Part shown: positions 47,315-54,766 of the stretch, in pieces
Layout: each line of letters starts with the position of its first letter
Position numbering within the stretch: the first letter of the stretch is position 1
From: Archangium sp.
Lineage (GTDB): Bacteria; Myxococcota; Myxococcia; Myxococcales; Myxococcaceae
NCBI GenBank assembly: GCA_031412555.1
Contig: JANODF010000069.1
Span: 1,608 to 65,607, forward strand
DNA: 64,000 nt
Direction of reading: 5' to 3'
The notes under the pieces: model-generated
Databases searched by the model: none
What the model saw: the letters and a program-made list of their open reading frames with translations, nothing else
What the model was told of the DNA's origin: nothing
Program-made: the position numbers and the translations under genes

Positions 47315-49402
47315 TCACCGCGCGCGCGCGCTCCCGGCCTGCGTCCCGCGAGGTGCGACCCAGCCGCTCGACGCGACCCCGGGGGCCGAGGTGCGACCGA
47401 GATCGAAGAAGAGCAACCGAGGTGGCGCCCACAAGGCGCACGCCGGGCACTCCCCGGTGGTGCGCACCGCCAGCCAGCGTCCATTGAAGCCGGTCGCGCC
47501 ACCGAGCTGCAGCGGCAGCGGCCACCCCGGGTCCACGCTCTGGTCATCCACCAGGAGGCAGCTCATCACCTCGCGGCCCGCGCGCTGCACCTGGTGCAGC
47601 CGGGTCTCGGCGTCCACGTTCCACAGCCCGCGCACCGTGAGGAAGAGCGCGTCGCCGCTGGCAGTCAGGTGCGCGTCGCTGGCCTCGGAGCCGAGGAAGG
47701 TGGCCAACTGCAGGCGCACCCCATGGTCCACGCGTTCCAGGCCGATGGTGTCGGGCAGGGAATCGAGCATCGAGCGGGACAGGCGGTAGCGGCCCTGCGC
47801 GCGCTCCGCCACGCCGGGCCACGACTCGACGTTCCACGCCGGCGGCTGGGGACTCTCGAGCACGGTGCCGTCGAGCGCGCTGCGCACGGAGTCGTCACGC
47901 AGCACCAGGCGATCGCCCATCACCATCGCGGGGGCCTGCCCCAGGTCCGCGAGCACGCTCACGGAGAACGCCAACCCACCGTCAGGCTCGTAGCGCTCGA
48001 GCACGGAGCCCAGCGGCGAGCCCGCCAGCCAGGTTCGTTGCACCAGCGCAGCGCCCTGCGCGTCGAGCAAAGGCCTGCCCACTTCACCGTCGAACTCGGT
48101 CTCACCCCGGGGCACGCCGGTCGCCACGTTCAGCCGGGCGAGCACCGACCGCGGCCGCCCCGAGACGCCGACCGAAGCGGTCACCCAGAGCGTGCCCCTG
48201 CCGTCTTCCGCGAGCGCGTTGATGTGGGTGGGCGGCGACTGGCTGGGCAACGGCCCCTGCCACGCGAGCGCTCCGGTGCCGACGTCGACGGCCACCAGGG
48301 TCGCTGCATCGGCCACGAAGATGAACAGGCCGCTGGCGATCAACTGCGTGTTCCGCGCGACGCCCTGCGGAACTCCGTGGAGGACGACGTCGGTGCGAAA
48401 GCGCTCGAAGCCCTCGGCCGTGTAGGAGATGGCCTCGCAGTGGAAGGTCGGGTTGGTGGGCTTGTTCGCGCCCCCGCACTCAACCCAGTACCAGTTGCCC
48501 TGCGCGTCGGTGATGCCCTCGAAGCGGAAGTCGCCGTGGCCCGAGACGTAGCTCCAGCGCGGGTGCAGGTCGGTCTGCGGAGGCACCACGCACGCCTGTT
48601 GGTGACAGGTGCCCTCCCCGCGACAGGCCGACTCGGGCGTGCAGGTGAAGCCTTCGGGAGGCACCACCGCGCGGCAGGTGCCGGCGAGGCAGATGTTTGC
48701 GAGCGTGCAGCTGACGGCTCCGCACGGGGTGCCGTCCAGCACCGGCGCCGAGCCACACCCGAGCAGGGGATCGCAGGTCGGCGCGAGGCAGGGGTTGGTC
48801 GGCGCGGTGCACTCCGCCGCGAGGTGCTGACAGCCGCGGCCCCGCGCACACGAATCGCTCGTACACGCGTCGTGATCGTCGCACCGCGCGGCCGTGCCGG
48901 CACAGACGCCGCTGAGGCAGGCACCGGCCTCGATGCACTGCAGCTCATCGGAACAGCTCGCGCCGTCTTCACGCAGCGTGTGCACGCAGCTCAGCGAGTC
49001 GGGGTCGAACCGCACCACGTCGCAGGGGCCTGACGCGCCGCAGTCCACCGCCTCGACACCCTCGCCGGTGACGGAGACCTCGAGGGCATCGAGGAACAAG
49101 GTGGCGGTGGCCCTGCCGATCGCGGTGGGCGTGAAGGTCAGCTGCAGCTCGACCTCGGTTCCGCCGGGCACCTCGAGGGCGCCCGGTGCGCTGAAGGGCG
49201 CCTCGATGGCGACCGGGAGGGTGCGGGCGACGCGGGAGCGATTGACGACGCGCACCACCTGGGCCCTCGGGAAATTGAGGGCGGTCGCCGGGAAGTCGAC
49301 ACGCTGGGGAACGGAGACCTCGCCCGAACCCAGTGAAACCACTCCGGGCTCGGCACACGCCGACAACAGGCTGACAAGAACTGCGAGGCGGAGCGAGGGC
49401 AT
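47315..49402 (-). CDS. Large lipoprotein: Ig/ASH-like N-domain, Cys-rich module, PQQ/BamB-like beta-propeller
   Basis: MPSLRLAVLVSLLSAC has a lipobox. The N-domain resembles the VDFPATAL...VVRVVNRS...LQLTFTP fold. A Cys-rich stretch of about 150 aa follows (CDDHDACTSDSCARGRGC...). The C-terminal region has repeated beta-propeller-like blades. Confidence 0.7.
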   Translation of the reverse strand: MPSLRLAVLVSLLSACAEPGVVSLGSGEVSVPQRVDFPATALNFPRAQVVRVVNRSRVARTLPVAIEAPFSAPGALEVPGGTEVELQLTFTPTAIGRATATLFLDALEVSVTGEGVEAVDCGASGPCDVVRFDPDSLSCVHTLREDGASCSDELQCIEAGACLSGVCAGTAARCDDHDACTSDSCARGRGCQHLAAECTAPTNPCLAPTCDPLLGCGSAPVLDGTPCGAVSCTLANICLAGTCRAVVPPEGFTCTPESACRGEGTCHQQACVVPPQTDLHPRWSYVSGHGDFRFEGITDAQGNWYWVECGGANKPTNPTFHCEAISYTAEGFERFRTDVVLHGVPQGVARNTQLIASGLFIFVADAATLVAVDVGTGALAWQGPLPSQSPPTHINALAEDGRGTLWVTASVGVSGRPRSVLARLNVATGVPRGETEFDGEVGRPLLDAQGAALVQRTWLAGSPLGSVLERYEPDGGLAFSVSVLADLGQAPAMVMGDRLVLRDDSVRSALDGTVLESPQPPAWNVESWPGVAERAQGRYRLSRSMLDSLPDTIGLERVDHGVRLQLATFLGSEASDAHLTASGDALFLTVRGLWNVDAETRLHQVQRAGREVMSCLLVDDQSVDPGWPLPLQLGGATGFNGRWLAVRTTGECPACALWAPPRLLFFDLGRTSAPGVASSGWVAPRGTQAGSARAR

Positions 49403-49522
49403 GACCCCGGACTTGGCAACAGGCGTGCCGAGGTCGACGCTTCGGGTTGAGCGCAGGGCTGCCGGGTCGACAACCGACCGGGCTGGTGTGGACCCGTGGT
49501 CAGCCGCCCCTCTCGCCGCGCT

Positions 49523-51649
49523 TCAGGGCCCGTATTCCCAGGTGTCGGAGAGAACGGTCGCGCCCGTGCCGTAGCCGCCGAACATCACCACCCGTCCGCG
49601 CACCGAATCGAAGGCCATGCCGTGCAGATACCGCGCTGTAGGCGCCGTGCCCGGCACACGCGCGTTCCACCCGAGCCCGTTCCACAGCCAGGTGTCTGCT
49701 GCGTAGACCGCGGTGGAGGTCGAGCCGCCGAAGAGCAGCAGCCCGTCTTGCTGCGCGACCAGGGCGTGGCCGGTGCGCGCGGGTGGAGCGACGGGGGTGG
49801 TCTGCCGGCGCCAGCTCGTGCCGTCCCAGGCCCAGGTGTCGTTGAGGGCCGCCATCGTGGGGCTGGGGTCGAAGCCGCTGAACAAGACCGACACGCCGTT
49901 CGTGACGTCGAAGGCCATCGCGGGCGCAGCGCGCGCCACCGGGGACAGCGGAGGCGCGCGCTGAGTCCAGCTCGTGCCGTCGTATTCCCAGGTGTCCACG
50001 CTCGTCGTTCCGCCGAAGAGCACCACACGTTGGCGTTGGGCGTCGTACGCCATGCCAGGTGATGCGCGGATGGGCGGAGAGGCCGCGGTGACGATCCGAG
50101 TCCAGGTCGAGCCGTCGAACTCCCAGGTGTCGTTGAGGCGATTGAAGCTGCCCACGGTCATTCCGCCGAAGAGCACGAGGCGCTGGCGCATCGGATCGTA
50201 GACCATCGCGGCGAGGCTGCGCGACGAGGGCTGCGTGGTGAGGCTCAGCTGCACCCAGTTCGCGCCGTCCCACGTCCACGTCTCCGCGGGCGGAGTCGCG
50301 GGGTTGCTCGAGGTGCCGCCGAAGAGCACCACCTTGTTGAGCTGCGCGTGGAAACCCAGCGCGGCGCCGTAACGCGCGGAGGGACCCGGCGTGCCGGAGG
50401 TGCGCTGCTGCCAGGCCCACGGCGCGCCGCATTGCCCCGCCGCGTACTCGAGGCCGGTGTTGCAGGTGATGCCGCAGGCGCCCTGCGCACAGCTCGCACT
50501 TCCGAGCGTGACGGTTGGGCACGGCGTGCAGGAAGTGCCGCAGCTCTCGACCGAGGTGTTCGAGAGACACTGCTGGCCGCAGCGATGGAAGCCGGTGTTG
50601 CAGGTGAAGTCGCAGGCAGCGCCGGTACAAAGGGGCGTCGCGTTCGCAGGCGTGGTGCAGGGTGCGCAGGCACCGGCGCACTGGCGGAAGCCTGCGTTGC
50701 ACTGCAGCGCGCAGCTCGTTCCGTTGCACGAGGTGGTGCCGTTGGCGTCGGTGGCGCAAGGCGCGCACGACATGCCACAGCCGTCGACCGAGTTGTTGGC
50801 GAGGCACTGCGTGCCGCAGCGGTGCGTGGTGCCGGGGCAGGTGAAGTCGCACGAGGCGCCGCTGCACACGCGCGTGGCGTTGGCCGGCGTGGAACAAAGC
50901 GCGCAGGCACCGTTGCAACGAAGCGCGTCAGGGACACACTGAATTCCGCACGCGCCGCTCGCGCAGGTCGCCGACGCGTTTTGCTCAGAGGGACAGGCGG
51001 TGCACGACGCTCCGCAGCTCGCGGTGGAGTCGTCGGGGACGCAGGCTTCGCCGCAGAGGTGACGGCCCGCGGGGCACTGACAGGTGGTGCCGTTACACGC
51101 GGCGCCCGGGGGACAATCGACCGGGAGCCGGCAACCGGGCAGACACTTCAAGCTGGCAGGCTCGCAGAAGTAGCCCGGAGCGCAGCCACCCGCTGCGCGG
51201 CAGTCTGCGGGCAGCGGCGCGCAGGTGCCGCGGTTGCAGACCTCGCCCGCGCTGCAGGAAGCGCCGCAGCGGCCGCAGTGGGCCACGCTGCTCTGGACAT
51301 CGACACAGGTGGCGCTGCATTCGACGAGCGTGCCGGCGCAGCGTGAAGCTCCACCGCCACCACTCCCTCCGCCGCCGCCGGTACCGGCGTCCGTGCCACC
51401 ATCACCTCCGCCCGCGCCGCCGCCCGTCGCGCTCGGGGGGATGCAGAAGCCCGCCTGGCAGGTGAAGGACAAACCGCAGGCAGCGCACTGCGCGCCCTGG
51501 CTCCCGCATTGCGCCGAGGTCGTGGGGTCGAGGCAGGTCTTCACGTCGACGCAGCACCCGCTGCAGGTGGCCGGACCGCACGGTGCGCTCGGCTTCTGAC
51601 AAGCGATCAGGGCCAGCGGGGCGATCAGCAACAAGACGAGGAAGCGCAT
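49523..51649 (-). CDS. Lipoprotein with tandem Cys-rich repeats and C-terminal Kelch-repeat propeller
   Basis: MRFLVLLLIAPLALIAC has a lipobox, followed by a Gly-rich linker. Repeats of the type HRCGxxC...SCGxSCxxC...C..G.C...C span aa 197-407. Kelch blades of the type VLFGG...DTWEWDGxxW fill the last ~300 aa. Confidence 0.8.
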   Translation of the reverse strand: MRFLVLLLIAPLALIACQKPSAPCGPATCSGCCVDVKTCLDPTTSAQCGSQGAQCAACGLSFTCQAGFCIPPSATGGGAGGGDGGTDAGTGGGGGSGGGGASRCAGTLVECSATCVDVQSSVAHCGRCGASCSAGEVCNRGTCAPLPADCRAAGGCAPGYFCEPASLKCLPGCRLPVDCPPGAACNGTTCQCPAGRHLCGEACVPDDSTASCGASCTACPSEQNASATCASGACGIQCVPDALRCNGACALCSTPANATRVCSGASCDFTCPGTTHRCGTQCLANNSVDGCGMSCAPCATDANGTTSCNGTSCALQCNAGFRQCAGACAPCTTPANATPLCTGAACDFTCNTGFHRCGQQCLSNTSVESCGTSCTPCPTVTLGSASCAQGACGITCNTGLEYAAGQCGAPWAWQQRTSGTPGPSARYGAALGFHAQLNKVVLFGGTSSNPATPPAETWTWDGANWVQLSLTTQPSSRSLAAMVYDPMRQRLVLFGGMTVGSFNRLNDTWEFDGSTWTRIVTAASPPIRASPGMAYDAQRQRVVLFGGTTSVDTWEYDGTSWTQRAPPLSPVARAAPAMAFDVTNGVSVLFSGFDPSPTMAALNDTWAWDGTSWRRQTTPVAPPARTGHALVAQQDGLLLFGGSTSTAVYAADTWLWNGLGWNARVPGTAPTARYLHGMAFDSVRGRVVMFGGYGTGATVLSDTWEYGP
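50429..51061 (-). repeat. Coding tandem repeat: about 2.7 copies of a ~78-aa Cys-rich unit
   Basis: The units are HLCGEACVPDDSTASCGASCTACPSEQNASATCASGACGIQCVPDALRCNGACALCSTPANATRVCSGASCDFTCPGTT / HRCGTQCLANNSVDGCGMSCAPCATDANGTTSCNGTSCALQCNAGFRQCAGACAPCTTPANATPLCTGAACDFTCNTGF / HRCGQQCLSNTSVESCGTSCTPCPTVTLGSASCAQGACGITCNTG. Confidence 0.8.
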
Positions 51650-51756
51650 GGCCGAGCAGTAGCACGCTCGGCGACTGCTTCTCGCTCACCCCCACCAGCA
51701 GACCCTTCGTCGCTCGAGGCGTCGTCGAAGGCTCCAGCTCCTCCTCAGTCGTCACT

Positions 51757-52425
51757 TCAGATCGCGTTCAGCTTCGCGACGGACTCTGCGGTCAGCTCGA
51801 GTTGAATCTCGTTGGTGCGCATGAACCAGGGCTTGAAGGGCGGGTCGTAGCGCGCCCACAGCGGCTCCCCCTGCGTCGAAAGACCGCTGGTGCCCAGCGC
51901 CCGGGTCAACCCCTCGAGGTGCTCCTTGTAGTTTTCATCGCTCCAGGTCCCCGAGTAGCGAATGACCGCGACCACCCGCTCGGGCACTGCGCTCAGCTCG
52001 ACGAGCGGATCGTTGGGCGTCGGCAGCGTGGCCAATGAGAAGGCCGACGGCATCGAGAACTGCACCGTCCACTTGCGTGAGGTCCCTGCGGCGGTCTCTG
52101 GCTTGTCTTCCTGCTGGGTGACGGGGGCGGTCATGTCGATGCGCTGCGACTGCGTCACCGGCGCCGTCATGGCGATGCTGGTTCGCGTCTTGTTCCCGCC
52201 GAAGATGTAGCCCCCGAGCCGGCGAAACGCCTCGTTGCCTGCGTCGGTGCGGCTGGCAGCCTCGACCTGCGTCTGCGCCACGACGTAGCTGGGGTACCGG
52301 CGCACCTCGAAGGTCTTGAACACTTTGACCACGTCGTATTTGGGCGACTCGATTTCCCCAGCCATCGTCACTGCGCTCCAGGTCAAGATCGCGGCCAGAA
52401 CAGCTTTCGTGCTCATCTCCATCAC
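51757..52425 (-). CDS. SOUL heme-binding family protein (secreted)
   Basis: A signal peptide is followed by ESPKYDVVKVFKTFEVRRYPSYVVAQT...IAMTAPV...IDMTAPV...WARYDPPF, which is typical of SOUL/HBP. Confidence 0.8.
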   Translation of the reverse strand: MMEMSTKAVLAAILTWSAVTMAGEIESPKYDVVKVFKTFEVRRYPSYVVAQTQVEAASRTDAGNEAFRRLGGYIFGGNKTRTSIAMTAPVTQSQRIDMTAPVTQQEDKPETAAGTSRKWTVQFSMPSAFSLATLPTPNDPLVELSAVPERVVAVIRYSGTWSDENYKEHLEGLTRALGTSGLSTQGEPLWARYDPPFKPWFMRTNEIQLELTAESVAKLNAI

Positions 52426-52721
52426 CTAACCGCCCCGCGGTTCGACGCCCCTACCGGCGCAGGCAGCAGCGCCATGCCGTGTGCGGTCGACGGCGCAGTC
52501 CTGCCCGCATCAGAACCCACGGCCTCGTCGGCAGTCAGTTCGGGCTGTGAACAGGCCCCTGCTGAAGGGCGGAAGCCGCGCAGTCGATTCGCGCGCTCGA
52601 AAAGGTGCCGGTCGAACTCGCCTGGTACTGCGCAGCAGAACGCGGCGAGTCGCGACTCGGCGCAATCCGCGCAACTCACCTCCACGAAGCCGAACCTGGC
52701 TGATGCTCGCCCGCGTCCCCG

Positions 52722-54179
52722 CTACCCGGCCAGCTCGCTCCACATCAGCAGGTCACCCCGCGCCAGGTATGTCTTGTCGGCGAACGCAGAATAGAAGTCC
52801 TCGAACACCGCCTCGAAGTCGGGGTAGCGCGAGTCTTTCCGGTCCTGCGTCATCTTGTCGAAGATGGGATCCATCTTGCTGGGCACGTCGGAGTTGATCT
52901 CGGACGGCAGCGGGCTGCGGCGACCGGGGATCTGACCGGTGAGCATTTCGTAGAGGAGAATGCCCAGGCCGTACACGTCGCTCGACGGGCCGGCTTCTTT
53001 CGAGCGGCTGATCAGCTCGGGGCTCATGTAGCCCATGCCGCCGGTGCCCACGAACACCTGGGGCATGCCCTTGCTCTGATCGACCTCGATCACCCGGCCG
53101 AGGCCAAAGTCACCGATCTTCGCGTTGCCCCACGCGTCGAACAACACGTTCTCGGGCTTCACGTTGTGGTGCGTCAGGCCCTGCTGGTGCGCCGCGCGCA
53201 TCGCGTAGGCGATCTGCAGGAAGTAGCGCATCGCCTGCGGCACCGGGATGCCCTTGCCACCAGCCGCGTCGAGCTTCTCGCGCAGGCTGCCCTTGAGCAG
53301 CTCCATCACGAAGTAGGGCCGCGCCACGTCGGTGTTCTGATCGAGCACCTGCACGATGCCGGGGTGACGCACCTGCGCCTGGGCACAGAGTTCTTTCTTG
53401 AGGCGCTTGATCACCTCGCCGCGCTGCAAGAACGAGAAGTAGCCGAAGATGTCCTTCAACTCCTTCACGCACACGTCGAGGCCGAGCGCGTTGTGCTTGC
53501 CCTTGTAGACGGTGCCCAGCGGGCCCGAGCCCAGCTGATCATTCTTCTGGTACCGAAGATCGAGGTCCTGCCCCTTGTTGCCCGGCGAGCCCATGCCCGA
53601 GGGGCTGGAGACCTGCACGGCCGCGGTCAGCTGCATCGGCGCGGGCGGAGGCGGGGGCGGATTGCCGTACCCACCGCTGGAGCGCACTTCTGGCGCGGTG
53701 ACCTGGGGAAAGCCGTCGTCCTGGTTCTTGCGACCACCACGGTTGGGAGGCTGGGGCATCGGGTTCGACTCCATGGAGATGTCGGTGGCAGGCAGCGGGG
53801 GAGGCGGCGCGATGGGAGGCGCCGGAGGGCTCGACTGATACGCAGGCTCGTCTTCGAGCGGCGGGGGCGGCGGCTGCCCGTCGGTGATCTGCTCGGCGAA
53901 GAAGTCGGCGATCTCTCCACCGAACCGCTCCACCTCTTCACCTGAGGTCACACGATCGCCCTGATCCGTCAGCTTGAGCTGGGCTTCGCGATCCATCGCG
54001 ATGTAGTGAAATTTGCGGAGGAAGAAGAAGTAGCTGTCGAACTCGAGCGACACCGAGTTCTCCAGGCCCATCTTCACGTCAGCGAGCTTGTTGGAACGCC
54101 CGAGCCGCACGTTCTCCTTGAGGCTCTTCAAGATGAAGAGCGCATCTCCGCTCACTTTGTCGCGTGTCGTCTCTGACAT
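52722..54179 (-). CDS. Ser/Thr kinase-like protein with HRD replaced by HHN; unknown N-terminal domain and Pro-rich linker
   Basis: The Gly-loop LGSGPLGTVY, the Lys (VCVKEL), DFG (GDFGLG) and SPE are present, but the catalytic loop reads LTHHNVKPENVLF (Asp to Asn). Confidence 0.8.
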   Translation of the reverse strand: MSETTRDKVSGDALFILKSLKENVRLGRSNKLADVKMGLENSVSLEFDSYFFFLRKFHYIAMDREAQLKLTDQGDRVTSGEEVERFGGEIADFFAEQITDGQPPPPPLEDEPAYQSSPPAPPIAPPPPLPATDISMESNPMPQPPNRGGRKNQDDGFPQVTAPEVRSSGGYGNPPPPPPAPMQLTAAVQVSSPSGMGSPGNKGQDLDLRYQKNDQLGSGPLGTVYKGKHNALGLDVCVKELKDIFGYFSFLQRGEVIKRLKKELCAQAQVRHPGIVQVLDQNTDVARPYFVMELLKGSLREKLDAAGGKGIPVPQAMRYFLQIAYAMRAAHQQGLTHHNVKPENVLFDAWGNAKIGDFGLGRVIEVDQSKGMPQVFVGTGGMGYMSPELISRSKEAGPSSDVYGLGILLYEMLTGQIPGRRSPLPSEINSDVPSKMDPIFDKMTQDRKDSRYPDFEAVFEDFYSAFADKTYLARGDLLMWSELAG

Positions 54180-54214
54180 GTGGTGGTGCCCGCCGAGGGG
54201 AGCGGGCTGTCCTT

Positions 54215-54658
54215 TTACTTGAGGCGCAGGAGCTGCTTCACAGTGTCCATCACTTCAGCAAAACGAACCGGCTTCTTCAGGAAGACGTTCACGCCCAGCT
54301 TCATCGCCTTGTCGCGCGCGTCGAGCCCACCCGCGGAGATCGCCACCACGGGAATCTGGGAAAGCGCCGGCGTGGCTCGCATCTTCTCGAGCAATTGAAA
54401 GCCGTCCATCACGGGCATGTACAGGTCGGTCATCACCAGCTGGAACGACGACTCGGTCAACATCGCCATCGCGGCGTGCCCGTCAGCGGCGAAGTGCACC
54501 TCGAGGGGCGTGGTGCCCTTGAACTCGTTGGCCGCCAGCTTCTTGAGCACGTAGCTGTACATCTCGATGATGTGAGGGTTGTCCTCGACGATCAGCACCC
54601 GGACTCCCAGAGGGGCGGTGGTGCTTGGCCCGGCGGGTTGGGTCTGCTCAGTGCTCAT
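54215..54658 (-). CDS. Single-domain response regulator (CheY-like receiver)
   Basis: VLIVEDNPHIIEMY...VMTDLYMPVMDGFQLL...PVVAISAGG...LKKP is a receiver domain. It lies 35 nt upstream of the kinase-like gene on the same strand. Confidence 0.85.
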   Translation of the reverse strand: MSTEQTQPAGPSTTAPLGVRVLIVEDNPHIIEMYSYVLKKLAANEFKGTTPLEVHFAADGHAAMAMLTESSFQLVMTDLYMPVMDGFQLLEKMRATPALSQIPVVAISAGGLDARDKAMKLGVNVFLKKPVRFAEVMDTVKQLLRLK

Positions 54659-54766
54659 CGAAGTGTCGAGGGTTTATTCGATTGTGACGGGGCAGGGAAA
54701 GTTTGATCCACCTTCGAGCAGGTAAGCGACGCCGTGCTACATCACAGGCCCCCCGCCGAGGTGCGC

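Noticed and set aside
46952-49033. 693-aa plus-strand ORF.
   Set aside because: It is antisense to the lipoprotein gene 47315..49402. It is extremely Arg/Ala/Pro/Gly-rich with no motifs, whereas the minus-strand product has a lipobox and domain structure.
52422-52685. 87-aa minus-strand ORF in the ~300-nt gap between the SOUL gene and the HHN kinase gene.
   Set aside because: It has poor codon bias, no signal peptide or motif, and Cys/Ala/Arg-rich composition. I treat the region as intergenic. A small gene or regulatory RNA cannot be excluded.
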